Below, one piece after another: positions 40,701 through 54,908 of a stretch of 64,000 nucleotides of DNA. This stretch comes from Cenococcum geophilum (lineage: Eukaryota). Below the pieces are notes generated by a model that was given only the letters and a program-made list of their open reading frames with translations, was not told the DNA's origin and did no database searches. The number at the start of each line of letters is the position of its first letter. Position 1 is the first letter of the stretch. Location: positions 1,860,001-1,924,000 of the forward strand of contig CP158636.1 in NCBI GenBank assembly GCA_050273025.1, in the 5' to 3' direction. The translations under genes and the position numbers were made by a program.

Positions 40701-43700
40701 AAAAGATATATCAGCCAGAAACGTATAGGATACCCTTTAGTTATACTAGATTAATATCTATTTAGGACCCCCTAATTAAATCATCTATAATATAGGAAAG
40801 AACTTCTTATCTATAGAGTTCCGACAATAGATAAAGGCAATAGCAATTAAGGTTAAGGAAGTCCCCGTTAAGGCATATAATAGCATTAAAAAAGTAGAGC
40901 GATACTATATACTATTACGCCGCGTATATAAGATTATCTCTTTAGAACTAAAGGATGCTAGTAAAGAACTTACCTTATAAATAGCTGTTAAAGCTATTAA
41001 TAATTCCACTAGCCCGGATAGACTTATACCTATATTACTAGTCTTTAGCGCCTACCCTTAAATAACTAACAATTCTCTACTATCTCCCTCCATTATATAA
41101 TAAGCCGAGGCTATTCGCAAGGCAATAAAGGAGGTATAATATCTCTACGCTATACGCTAGGTTAATAATGCACTAGGAATAAGAAATGGCCTAAACACCT
41201 TAACTATACTTAATCTGCCACTTTAGTCTAAAGTACATATATAGCGTAAAAAGGGAGGATAGTTAGGCCTATACTAACTTATTATAATTAATAGTTAAAC
41301 TTATACTATTTAGATGCCTTACGGACCTACTTAATTCTGTTTAACTGTTATTAAGCCTTATTATAAAAATAATAATTCCGAGCCTTTATAGGATGCCCTA
41401 AAAGATGCCCTAAAAGAAAACTACGATTAATATGCTTTAAAAGGCGACTATAATCCTAATATAATTATAGTAGATACGCTATAACTACGACGCGGTAGAG
41501 GTTGCCTAAAGGGATTATAAAATCGCTAATATCTTATTAATTTTAAAGAATAATTTGTTGCCGCCATTAAGAATAGAGTTAAGTTATTAATGGCCTTTAT
41601 AACAGCTAAAGAGAAGGCTAACTTTAAGCTTGTAAAACAGCTCCAAAAGGAAAGTCGTATTATAACCCTAAAAGCTCCTTTTTAAGCATCCGATAAGTAG
41701 GAGATCAACGGTCTTATTACAAGAAAAGTTTTTAAATTTAAGAAGTATAACCTTACTAAGTTTAATAAAGTTCGCATCTTTAAGTTAAGGATAGTTAATA
41801 AGATTAAGGGCAAGGCTACTAACGCCCCATTTAAGAAATTAAGGCTTATTATTTAAGGTTATAACAATAATAGCAAAGAGATAATTCTTATATAATCTCC
41901 CATAATTTAACGAGCTAGTTAATAAGTTATTGTTATATTAGCTCCCTCCTTAATAAAGAATAGAATGGCGGGTTATTTATAAGATATTACTTAAGCTTAT
42001 ACCTAATTAGAGACGCACCTTTAGCGCTTAATATTAGCATACCTTCTAAAGCAAATTTGCCACCAGTATCCTAAAGATACGATTATAATTGTGCTTAAGC
42101 CATTATATGGAATTGCAGAGGTAGGAATTTACTAGTAGGCTACCTACAGCAAGCACCATAAAGAGAAGCTTTTAATAACTACTTCTATATTCGATCCCTG
42201 CTTCCTTATTATAACTATAGGAACCCTATTCGGAATTATTAGTATGTAAACTAATAATATAATTATCTTAGAAGACGACCAATTCTTAGCTCTTAAAGAG
42301 GATAAGCTAGTAAAGGTAAATCTTATAGCAAAGCTAAAGGAAAAGCTTAATTTAACAACACTATTACTCTTTAATAGATACATCCTCTCCCTAAATAAGG
42401 ATTCTATTGCTTTACGCCAGAAGGGTTAAGGTAAGAAGATTAACGTTATTAACATAAATTCTCTAAAGCAAGAATATGTAGAGTAACGCGCTTGCGGAGC
42501 TTATATTGCTTCTATCTGTTAACCTAAGGCTTTATTTAATCTCTCTATTGCCACCTAACACTAGGAACCAACTAAGGATAACGTTCTTGCCCTAAATAAA
42601 CGTCTTTTTTATTAAATAAACTATCTTAACCGGGGACTACACTACGTGCCTATTAATCTTCCCACCGCTAAGCTCTTTATATTTATTAATAGATCGTTTA
42701 TAAATAATAAAGATTTTAGCTTCTAGCTAGGATATGAGATTATTATCGCAAATAAGTCTACTGGAGAGAATAACTTTACGATCTACGGTAATCTTATCTA
42801 TTAGAGCTTAACTAAGAGTAAGCGCGTTACTTAAAGCGTTCTAGCGTTAAAAATATATAGAATAGTTGGCGGAGTTAATATAGCAATTGCAATTGGAACT
42901 ACCCTAAAGATAATTATAGATCGACTTAAACTTCCTATTATCCCTATAATTGTATACACCGACTTATATTCCCTCTATAAGTATTTAGTTAAGCTTAGTA
43001 CTATAAAGGAGAAGCGCCTTATAATTGATATTATAGCACTTCGGCAATCCTATAAGCATTAAAAACTCTTTAAGATTTAATAAATTAATAGCTAAGATAA
43101 CCCAATAGATGTAATAATAAAGGCAAACCTAAATAAGGCACTAAAGACGTTTGTTAATACGAATACTCTATATATATAAGTTAAAGGTTAAGTTAAAAGG
43201 GAGTCCCTAGAAATTTCTTAGTTACGTAAGGTCTTAAGATGTCTAGGAACTTTAACCGGCAGTTGAAGTTGTCTAATTAGTTAGATTCTGCAGACCCTAA
43301 CTTAACCTAGCCAATTAAGATTTTCCATCCCCGGGATGGAAAATCGCTATTAGCTTGCTTACTACTAGCGCCTTAGCGGCCCTCTAAATAAGATATTTAC
43401 CTACGACTCCTAAGTAAGAAAGCACCATGTGCTAAGAGGCAAACTTTTAGGATAGCGAGACTTATATTACAATGGCAATAGTAAGTAAGGAGGATTAATA
43501 TTTGTTACGCTAGTTGAGCGGTATATATATATATAGATGGTAACCGCAAAAGAAGAGTTGCTAGTGTTGGGAATATAGGCAAGTTGCCGTTACGTGCGGC
43601 AAGTTGCCGTCACGTGTCGCCGCGGCACTAGTGTAACGAGGAGCCTTAAGCTCCTCGCCCCCCCCCTAATAAAGAATACAGAACAATTATCATACTATCT

Positions 43701-43740
43701 ACGAACCGTAGCTACGTAATATCACCTTGTGTAACCAACA
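37721..43740 (+). mobile_element. Full-length Ty1/copia LTR retrotransposon, RIP-inactivated
   Basis: LTRs at 37721-37920 and 43565-43740 (TGTTGG...CCAACA); TSD GATAT. Domain order is integrase (LHRRFGHPS-like, ~40430), RT (KSRL.IQGY ~41835, RDITQAY ~41980, KPLYGIAEAG ~42100), then RNase H (EKRL.ID ~43010). Confidence 0.95.
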
Positions 43741-44623
43741 GATATAATAGTCCTAGAATTTATAGATAATATAAACTTAATTATATAGGGAAATATAGTA
43801 GTAGAAAATTATACTAGGCTAAACTAGGTATATAATAGGTACATTATATAGGCAAAACAATATAGCGCTAAATTTATATTAGATAATTACTAGCTTATCT
43901 ACTTTATAAGGGAAAAAAGGATAAGTAGCGACCTAGCCTTAATAGTGAATATCTAGAGCTGCGAAGTAAAACTAGAAGCTACCCTTAAGGGTTTAAATAA
44001 ACTCTAGGTTAAACTAAAATAAGTATATTATATAGGCGACTTATAGAGAAGTAGTAGTATTTTTAGTAGTATTATAAATTACTACCTTAATATAAGGACC
44101 CTCTTTTAAATATATACGCCTACTATATATAGTAGTAATAAGGCTAATAATACTATACGGCTCCTAAATCTAGGGCTTAGGACTAGGCGGTAAGGTACTA
44201 GTAAAAAGCTTACTAGCGCTACTAGCTAAGCTATAAAACTAGTGCCTATATAGAACTATAGAGGCCTATAAAAGAATACTACGCGCCATACTAGAACGCG
44301 AAGTAGTAGTTCTACTACCAGACTTATATATTAACTTAACTACTATATAGAGAGTAGTTATAGTATAAGGCTACCTAGTAGAAGAAAATATATACTAAAT
44401 ACTAAAACGTATATAAGGAACAAGATATATATAAAAGGCAATAGCCCTTTAAAGAGGTAATATGCCTAGATATACTAGCTAGGAAGCCCTTTACCTATAA
44501 ATAATAGAGAGAAAAGGAAATAAGAAAATAATTATCTTATTAGATAAAGACCTAGCGTTATACTAGTAGAGTGCTATAATAGCAATAGAGGATAGGAGGT
44601 TACTAATATAGATAGAGATTTAC

Positions 44624-47600
44624 TGTTACGGACGCTTTAAGTACGATATTACAACTACTTAGAGAAGAGTCGGAAGAAGCTAGTTGGTTAATAAGAGCAC
44701 GGTCTAGAATAGATCCGGTAAAGCTATATAATAAGGAATAGTAACTAAGGTTATATAACATGCTACGTATTAAACGAGAGAAACGGGAGGAACTTACGTA
44801 CCTTACGTATAACACGTACATTACGTATAAGAAGGATTTTATAGGAGTACGGTTGTGTATTTAAGGACCCTTAATCCCTACCTAGATAGTTCCTTCCTTA
44901 TAGTAATTCTTAGAATACAATTAGAGTTAATCTATTAGGCAACCACTCCACCAGTTATTATTTACGTTATTAACTACTATCTTTATATTTCCTACACACC
45001 TAGCCTATCAACAGAACCCACCGTAGTTCTTATTATAAGGTTCCGTTATACAATCACTACCCAGTTATAGTATTAAATATAAAAGTCGAATAACATGCCA
45101 CTAAAAGCAGCCACTACAACGCCATCGATGGCGGCAACTACATTAAGGTTAGGGGGTAACACTAGTATAGCGGACACTGACTCGCAACAACCTATAACGG
45201 TAAAATAGTTATAAGAAATAGTTAACTAGTTAACAGAAGACAATATAGCACTTAAATAAAGGATTAACAGGATAGGCGCAGTAAAGGTTAAGTTACTATC
45301 AATTAAAAGATTCTTAGGAGAGAGATTAAAGCTTAAAGGATTCCTTACGTAAATGCACTTTAAGGTTGCGTAAGAGGGAGCAAAGCTAGCGACACCTATA
45401 GATCAAATAGCGTACGCAGGATTATTTTTAACAGGAAGAGCACTTAAATAGTTTAAGCCTTATTTTATAGAGATATAAGTAAACAGAATAACAACTATAA
45501 ACCAAGAGGTACGGTTTATGTTTTTAAGCTAGAACGGATTTATAGAGCGACTTATACAAATATTTAGAGACCTAGAGGCAGTAACTATAGCGGAAAGAAA
45601 ACTCCAAGACATTATATAGCGGACCTTAGCAATTAAGTACACAACGTAGTTTTAAACATTGGTAATATAAGTTAAGTGGAATAATAGGGCGCTTATAGCA
45701 TAATATAAGCAGGGACTTAAGGCTAAAGTCTAGGATGCAATTATTCTAATAGAAGATGCGGATACCCTAAGGGAACTAATAGATTAAGTAATAAAGATTA
45801 ATAATAGGATCTACCAAAGGGAACAAACTAAGAGAGGTTAGGATAGAGTTCTATAGTTATATAAGACGCAGAGTATATAGCGACTAAAGCTAAGTTAGAA
45901 ACTATAGTATAGCGTAGAGCTAATAGACCTAAGTAGTACTAAAGAAGCCTATAAGAGATAGAGTAAGAAGCTATAGAAACCTAGAGGTTAAGGATTTAGT
46001 AATTATAGGACTAAGGAGTATAGGCTAAACCAGGGATCTTAGCAGTAGAAGATATTTAGGCGGACTCTATAGTAAAGTTAATAGTTTAGAAACGGAGCTT
46101 ATATAAATTATAGAAAATAGGGTTACTTTGTAAGGGATTATAAAGATAGTTAGAGTTACTATATAATAAAGGGAACTAGACTAACGGCAGAAGATATATA
46201 TATATAGAGGGACGATAGTATACTACAAGGAATAAAAGAGTGTTTAATTAGAAGTTTTGCGTTTTATTATAACAACATATGCTAAATTTATAAAGACGCT
46301 AAGTATAGTGTAAGCTATTAGCCATAAGAGCTAGAGTTAAGAGGATTTAAAGGAACTATAGAGTTAGATAAAAAATAAAATTAACTCTATAAGCTAGATT
46401 AGGATATTATAGTAATATACAGATAATAATTAGTAACAATAATAATAGAGTCGGAGTACTTATTAATTAATAGTGATAAGGATAGTAAAGGAACTAACTA
46501 GGGGTATCTAAACCTTAATAACGCAATAGAAGTAGAGACTGAGACTACTATAAAGCAAGATTTAGTAACGGGCATTATAATACCATTAGATACGGCATCC
46601 ATTGCTTTATAAGATGGAAAGAGCAATATCTAGAAACGATTAAGTAAGTAGATAACTGCTAGTGCTAGCTTATTACTTAATAAAGGTAAAAGGCTAAAGG
46701 CTTAAGATTCTTAAGATAAGATAAGAGAGATCTAAGATTCTGAAGATAGGATAAGGACAGCTTAAGGACCCATAATAGATAAAAACTAATAGAGTAGAGT
46801 AGCAGCTTAGTTTAAAGATATATAAATAAGCTCGGGATAAGAATTCCTAACTGTATAAGATTCTTAAGACGAGATAAGTAAGATTTAAGACTCTTAAAAT
46901 GAGATAAGAACACTATAGACGCCTAGTTGGACTAAGGCGGGAGCCATTATATATATAGTTAGCACCCCATAGAAGTTTAAGAATAAGGGAACTTAATACT
47001 TTAACTAGAAAGATTCCTTACGGAAGAATGCCTAAATAGATAACAATAGTAGGAATGTCCAGAGAATACCTATTTATAGTATATTAAAGATAAAAAGCAA
47101 ACTAAGTATTGGCCTAAGTTAGACTAAGTATAAACAGGATCTAGTAGCTAATAGTTAGGAAAAGTAGAGGCCCATAAAACTAGAGGGAGCTAGTAGTAGA
47201 GCCTTAGACCCTTAAAGGAATTTAAGGACAACACCTAAATTTATAAGTTAAATAGCAAGATTAATAGTTTAAGGCATTAATAGATAGTAGAGCAATAAGG
47301 AACCATATCTCGCTAGCAGTAGTTAAAAGAATAGGATTACCACATAGATAGAAGGAACGTCCTTACTTATTAGTAATAATTTTAGGAGATCTAATAGCCT
47401 ATAGAGGAGGCATTATTAATCTTAAAATAGGACCTATTTAGTTAACCATCGAGGGAAGATAAATCAAGATATCTTTTAATATATTACCATTAGGAAACAA
47501 TAAGGTAGTACTAAAAATGCCTTAGTTACAGAAATATAATCTAAAGATTAATTGGATTATAGGTTAGGTCAATATTAGAGATACTTAACACCATAAGATA

Positions 47601-50600
47601 TAATAATAAGCTAAGCTAGTATAGTACTAAGTAGGAGCGACCTACAAAGAAACGGAAAAAGGGCTAAGCCATATACTAAAGAGATACCATAAGTATAGCA
47701 AGAAATTATAGTTACCTAAAAGTAAAAAGCTATTAGAGTATGCAGCATAGGACTATAAGATAGAATTAGAACTAAGAATAAGTCTAAGGTTCTTTCTAAT
47801 CTATAAGCTTACTAAAGAAGAAGGTAAAGCATTAAAAGAGTTTATTTAAGAGAACTTATAAAAGGGATATATTAGACCATTATAGTTATTAGTAGGTTAT
47901 CCAGTACTATTTATACCAAAGAAGAATGGTAAACTAAGACTGTGTATTAACTATAGACAGTTAAACAGCATTATAAGAAAGGATAGGTATCCTTTACCCT
48001 TAATTAGCAAAATCTAAGACAGGATAGGCAATACGCAAATCTTTACAAAAATAGATCTAAGATAGGTATACCATTAGATTAGGATTAAGAAAGGCAACAA
48101 ATAAAAGGCAGCCTTTAAGTTAAAGAAAGGACTATATAAACTATTAGTTATGCAATTCGGGCTTATAAACGCACTAGCAACGTTCTAAAAGCGTATTAAT
48201 AATGTATTAAAAGAATGCTTAGATAAATTTATTATAGTATACCTCAACAATATTATTATCTACTTAATAAGTAAGGAAGAATATAGAGAACACGTTAAAT
48301 GGGTCTTAAAGAGACTATAAGAAGAACAGATGCTAGTAGCAATTAAGAAATGCGAGTTCTTTATCAGGAAAACCAATTTCGTAGGATTTATTATTAAACT
48401 AGGCCAACTTAGCATAGATCCAAAAAAGATTAAGGCTATAGTAAATTAGTAAGAACTAAAGAACGTTACGCAATTAAGATCGTTTCTAGGATTTTGCAAT
48501 TACTGTAGAAGGTTTATAGCGCAGTAGTTAAAGGATATTAAGCCATTTACGCGATTAATAAAAAAAGAAGAATTATGGGCATAGGGAAAGGAGTAATAAG
48601 AACTATTCTAAGAAGTTAAGAGGTTGTTTACCCAGGAGCCAGTTCTTAAGATCTATTAACTAGGACTAGAGACGGTTGTAGAAATAAACGCATTAGACTT
48701 TATACTAGGGGCATACTTTATATAAAAGTATCTAGATGGATAACACCTAGTAGTATACTATAGTTAGAAGATAACACTACTAGAGTTAAACTATAACATC
48801 TATAACAAGGAGTTATTAGGTATAATCGCAGTATTAAAGAAATAGAGAGCATTCTTATAAGGTATAGAGAAACTATTTATAGTTAAGACAGACTATAAAA
48901 ACCTAATAGAATTTTTAATAATAAAGGAACTTAACTAAAGATAGGTTAGATAGGCGGAGATGCTTACGGAATACTATTTCGAGATTTAGTATACTAAGGG
49001 TATAGACAATATATAAGCAGATGCATTAAGTCAAAAGGCTAAACTATAAAACAATGAAAAGCTATTAGGGGCTTTACTACGAAAAGACATAGACGGATTA
49101 ATTAGATATAATTATCCGAAAATTATAGTAATATAAGAAAATAAACTAAAGGGAGTTTATAAGTTACTAAAAAGCTTTTAGGTATAAAGAATTCTAGAAG
49201 TATAACTAGAAGATCTATAGTTAGATATATATAAAAACTAAGAAGTAAAGTACATCCTAAAAAGCATAGCAGAGTAGTTCGTAGAGGACTTTTATAAGGG
49301 ACTAACTTAAGGACATAATAGAGCCACGGGCTTAGTGTTAAGACTCTAGGAGGAGTATATTATTAACGGAATCTAAAGGATAGCTAGGAAGGTCACTAAG
49401 GAGTATCTAGATTACTAAAGGAATAAACTAATAAGGCATAAGCTATATAGAGGGCTACAACCTATTAAAATACTAAAGAGACTATAAGAGGTCATATTGT
49501 GGGACTTTATTATTAAATTACTAAAGTTAAGAGATCCTATTACCGGATAAGATTATAACGCGATCTTAGTAATAATAGACAAGCTTACAAAGTGGGGATA
49601 CTTTATAGCATGCACAGAAGAAATCTTAGCAGAAGACGTCGCTAGAATCTATATTAAAGAAGTATTTATAAGATATAGAGCACTAAGCAAAATTATTTAG
49701 ATAGAGATCTAAGATTTATAGCAGCATTCTAGGAGGTATTCTTGGCGGAATAAGGGGTTTAAGTAGCAACTTCTATTATATATTATCCGCAGATAAACGG
49801 TTAAACAGAAAGACTAAACTAGATACTAGAGCAGTATCTAAGGCACTATATTAATTACGCATAGAATAATTAGGTATCGTTATTACTAGTTATACAGTTT
49901 ATATATAACGCAACACCTTAAGAAGGAATGGGAATGTCACCATTTAAGGCGAATTATAGATATAAGCTAAGAACATTACTATTGCTATAATAAGTAAAGA
50001 AAACAAGTAGTAGAGCTAAGTAAAGAATAAAGACTTTAATAAATCTTTATATAGACCTTATAGAATTAGTAAAGAAGGTATAAAAGAGAATAAAAAAGTA
50101 CTATAATGCTAAGAAATCTAAGGGACTAGATCTTAAGGAGGGAGATAAAGTGTAGCTACTATATAAAAATTTCAAGAGTTAATAACTAAGCAAGAAGTTA
50201 GACTATATTAGACTAGGACCTTTTAAAATTATATAAAGAATTTCACCAGTTACGTTTAAGTTAAACCTACTAGCTAAAATAAAGATCTACCCTATATAGT
50301 ACATTGTAATACTAGAGCCAGCACACGGAAATATTAAGCCACTAGTTTATAAGGTAGACACGTATAGAGAATAGGAAGAAGACGAATAGTAAGTTTTAAA
50401 GATTCTTAGTTATAAGAACATTAACAATAAAATATAGTATAAGGTTAAGTAAATAGGCTATACTAAAACTACCTAGGAGCTGCTAGAGAATTTAAAGAAC
50501 ACTATAGGAAAGGTATAGGAGTATCGGAAGAAAATAGGTTAGGCAATATTAATAAAGAAGAATCGCTAAAAAATGAGTTACCTAAGGGGGACCTAAAAAG

Positions 50601-51685
50601 AGCGACTGCTAAACTATTTAGAGTTGTTCCCTTTATAAAAAGAGAGTTAATTCTCTTATCGCCAAGTTCCTAAAGACCTTATTCTATAAGCTTTCACTCC
50701 TTAAAATAGACCTTCTTACGCACTTTCTTAAAACAAAGCAGCCGAGCGGACGCCGTAATATAAGTATTTAGAGCCTTCTGCTTAGCGTTACGGGAGCGCT
50801 TAAGCTTAGCAAAAGCCTACGCCAGATTACCGTTAAGCTTTATAGTAGTAAATTAAATATAAGACCCTATAACAAATTACTTAAGAAACTTAAAGACTAT
50901 TAAAAGTCATAGGACGCGCATACTTAGCGTCGGAAGTAGAGCGAACATCGTAGGACGATTAAATATTTGCTTTAGTGCACTCTAAATAAAAGGATGGTTA
51001 CTAAGATAAAGGACTTACCAGCGCAATATAGACTAACCCCTCTTTCGCATAATAAGAACACGGAGATAGTATAATTTCACTAAGTAATAATATAGCAGTA
51101 ATAGTACGGGTATAACATTGCGCGTATAAAAAAGAAAATACTTTAGGTATTATAAGTAACAATATTAACTAAATTAATTAGACGGATATTATACCTCTAG
51201 TAAACAACTTAAAGATGCTAGGAATCTTTAAGGACGAAGATAAAGAGGAGGGAGATAGTGTTATGGACGCTTTAAGTATAATATTATAACTACTTAAAGA
51301 AGAGTCGGAAAAAGCTAGTTAGTTAATAAGAGCACGGTTTAGAATAGATCTAGTAAAGCTATATAACGAGGAATGGTAACTAAGGTTATATAATATACTA
51401 CGTATTAAACAAGAGAAATGGGAGGAACTTATATATCTTACGTATAATACGTATATTACGTATAAGAAGGATTTTATAGGAGTATAGTTGTGTATTTAAG
51501 AACCCTTAGTCCCTACCTAGATAGTTCCTTCCTTGTAGTAATTCTTAGAATATAATTAGAGTTAATCTGTTAGGCAACCACTCTACTAGTTATTATTTAC
51601 GTTATTAACTACTGTCTTTGCATTTCCTATACACTTAGCCCATTGATAGAACCTACCGTAGTTCTTACTACAAGGTTCCGTTACA
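44624..51685 (+). mobile_element. Full-length Ty3/gypsy chromovirus, RIP-inactivated
   Basis: 427-bp LTRs at 44624-45050 and 51259-51685; TSD TTTAC; PPT aaagaggagggagatag. Gag ATG 45095; [20 protein letters not shown] (~47910) and YLDD-like (~48240); RNase H NY.I..KELL (~48790); integrase WDFI.KL (~49500); chromodomain-like Y.VKW.GY...TWE..ENL (~50440-50500). Confidence 0.96.
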
Positions 51686-51778
51686 TTTACTATACTAATT
51701 ATAAGATAGGTAGATCTTAAATAGAAGTAATAATAGAAGGAGGTAGTAAAAATATAAGACGCAGCTATATAGAATACC

Positions 51779-51971
51779 TGTCTAAATAAGTTCGCACGAG
51801 AATTTATGGACGTAATTACGTAAGCTAAGCGAGCTTAGGAAACTCCTTAAATTCCTCCTATTTATGCATAATTAAAAGAAAAAGTTACCACTATCTAAAA
51901 GAGTATACGATACTATACGTATTTCGTGCCCCTGGATATAACTTACTTATATTATTAAGTTAATATAAATA
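51779..51971. mobile_element. Solo LTR (~193 bp)
   Basis: Starts TGTCT and ends AAATA (RIPed CA); flanked by 5-bp ATACC duplication inside the LINE sequence gaataccctatag. Confidence 0.7.
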
Positions 51972-53944
51972 ATACCCTATAGTTAATACTAACTCTTTTC
52001 TTATATAAAGGACTAACGAGGGTAAAATCTATAGCCGTTTTTCTACTATAGATAAAGGTCCTAGGTCTAAATATATAGCTAATATCTATATTCTAAATAT
52101 CTTACCTTAATATATAATAATATTTATTTATTACTTAACGTCTAATTTAGATCTATATTAGGCCTATATAAACTACTTTTTAGTTATCTTAATATATATA
52201 CCGGTGGCCTATTTAGTTAGTATATTATATACTACTATTTTATAGCTACCGCTTAGTAAGGGACTAGCTACTTACTAGCGTAGGCATAAATAATATTACT
52301 TAGATACTCTCTATAAGTAGGGGCTTATAAATAATAGTAAAATAGCTTATAGGCTAAGGAATTCTTTAGTAGTTTTAAATAGCATATAAGATCTAATAGG
52401 AGGACACTAAATAATACGCCCTATTCTAGCCCCTTAAGGACTAAATACCCCCGCCTAGCTATAGGCGGCTTACTAGCGAATTTTTAGACCCTTTTACTAC
52501 TCCTTTTAGATTTTCTAATATACCTAGGAAGTATAGTATATAAGGTAGACTAGAAGATATAAATATATACTAGCTAGGTAAAGGCGGAACAAATAGGACT
52601 AGCTAAAAGGAAATACTTAGGATTTTCCCTTTATAGGGCTTTTTCCTATATAGACCTAAAAGGGGACTAAATTGGGCAATAAATAGAATTAATAATAATA
52701 ATTATATAGGTGGTTATATAGCTAATTATAGAACCTTCGTAGTATATTAGTGCTGTGTTAGTAGAGCTTTAAAGCTCTATATAAGGTTTTGAGTAGAGCT
52801 TCGAGCAGAGCCTTATGCAGAGCTTTGAGCAGAGCCTTGTATAGAGCTTCGAGCAGAACTTCGAGCAGAGCTTCGAGCAGAGCTTCGAGCAGAGCTTCGA
52901 GCAGAGCTTCGAGCAGAGCTTTAAGCAGAGCCTTGTGCAGAGCCTTGTGCAGAGCTTTATATAGAGTTTGTATTCGTGTAGGCGTTTGTGTAGACGTCGT
53001 GTAGGCTTCGTGCAGGCTTTCGTGCAGGCTTTCGTGCAGGCGTTTATACAGGTAGCGGAAGAGCAATAAAGCAGGTAATAAGGCCTAGAGTTAGTCTAGA
53101 TACAATACATTAGCTATTTAGGTATTTATCTACTATAAATATTAATATAGGAGGTTAAATGTTAAGGATTGGTAATGGTTAATAGCTCTAGCTAAATATT
53201 TACTATTTTAGTAGTAATATTTAAGGTAAAATATAATAGTAACTATAACGCCGTTTATAATAATTTTAGTAGCGTTAGAATTGCCTTATAAAGCTCTAGA
53301 ATATAACATTAGCCGATTATCTATAAAGGCGTTAGTTTGTTATTAATTAATAGTAGTAAAGTTTTAAGCAGAGCTTTAAAGGGGAGATTCGCTTATTTAA
53401 GACGAAATATAGTAGTAACCACTAGGCCGTTCGCAATAATTTTGGTAGCATTAAAATTACCCTATAAAGTTCTAGAATATAACATTAGCCAATTATTTAT
53501 AAAGGCGTTAGTTCGTTATTAATTAATAGCTAAAAAATTTAGTATGGCGTGCGAGTTTGTATAAGAATTACATATAAATTGGCGCAAGGGACTAATAAAT
53601 TTCCAAACCGTATACCAGACGACAACAACATAAGATAATTAATCTGTTATGTAAGCAGCTTATAATTGGTTGATTATCTAGGACCGAGATAAGTCTAGTA
53701 TTATCTCGGTCCTAGACGATCAGCTAATTATAAGCTGCTTATTGCGAACGGCCTAGTAGTTACCGCTACGTTTCGCCTCAAATATTACCACTAAAACAGT
53801 AAACATTCAGCTAAAGCCACTAATTCTTAATATTTATAGTAGATAAACACCTAAATAGCTAATGCATTGTATCTAGACTAACTCTGGGCCTTATTACCTG
53901 CTTTATTGCTCCTCCGCTGCCTGCACAAACGCCTGCACGAATGC

Positions 53945-54908
53945 CTATACAAAGCTCTATATAAAGCTCTGCACGAGGCTCTGCTTGAAGGTCTAGTCGA
54001 AGGTCTGGTCGAAGGCCTGATCGAAGGTCTGGTTGAGGGTCTGGTCAAGGGTCTGGTCGAGGGTCTGGTCGAGGGTCTGGTCGAAACTCTGGTTGAGGGT
54101 CTGCTCGAAGCTCTGGTTGAGGGTCTGCTTGAAGCTCTGGTTGAGGGTCTGCTCGAAGCTCTGGTCGAAGCTCTAGTTGAAGCTCTGGTCGAAGCTCTGG
54201 TTGAGGGTCTGGTCGAAGCTCTGGTTGAAGCTCTGGTCGAAGCTCTGGTTGAAGCTCTGCTTGAGGGTCAAAGCTCTGGTCGAAGCTCCGGTCGAGGGTC
54301 TGCTCGAAGCTCTGGTCGAGGGTCTGCTTAAAACTCTGGTTGAGGGTCTGCTTGAAGCTCTGGTCGAAGCTCTAGTTGAAGCTCTGGTCGAAGCTCTGGT
54401 TGAAGCTCTGGTCGAAGCTCTGGTTGAAGCTCTGCTTGAGGGTCAAAGCTCTGGTCGAAGCTCCGGTCGAGGGTCTGCTCGAAGCTCTGGTCGAGGGTCT
54501 GCTTAAAACTCTGGTTGAGGGTCTGCTTGAAGCTCTGGTCGAAGCTCTAGTTGAAGCTCTGGTCGAAGCTCTGGTCGAGGGTCTGGTCGAAGCTCTGCTC
54601 GAGGGTCTGGTCGAAGCTCTGCTCGAGGGTCTGGTCGAAGCTCTGCTCGAGGGTCTGGTCGAAGCTCTGCTCGAGTGTCTGCTTTGAAACTCTGGTCGAA
54701 GCTCTGGTTGAAGCTCTGGTCGAAGCTCTAGTCGAGGCTCTGGTCGAGGCTCTAGTCAAAGCTCTAGTCGAAGCTCTACACGAAGCTCTACACGAAGCTC
54801 TGCACGAGGCTCTGCTCAAAGCTCTGCACAAGGCTCTGCTCAAAGCTCTGCACAAGGCTCTACTTAAAGCTCTGCTCAAAACCTTATATAGAGCTTTAAA
54901 GCTCTACT
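53945..54908. repeat. 12-bp minisatellite (GAAGCTCTGGTC / GAGGGTCTGGTC), least-mutated Y-side copy, with a higher-order duplication
   Basis: Tandem units; the block containing gagggtcaaagctctggtcgaagctccgg occurs twice (~54262 and ~54438). Confidence 0.95.

Larger units (their letters stand above)
31713..53692 (+). mobile_element. Array copy 3 (X to Y), expanded to ~22 kb by nested copia, gypsy, solo LTR and LINE insertions
   Basis: Starts ttatctcgttcccaaaccttcttgcc (as at 7313) and ends ggaccgagataa (as at 19729); 12-bp arrays at ~32150-32730 and ~52762-53050; same LINE cargo. Confidence 0.85.
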
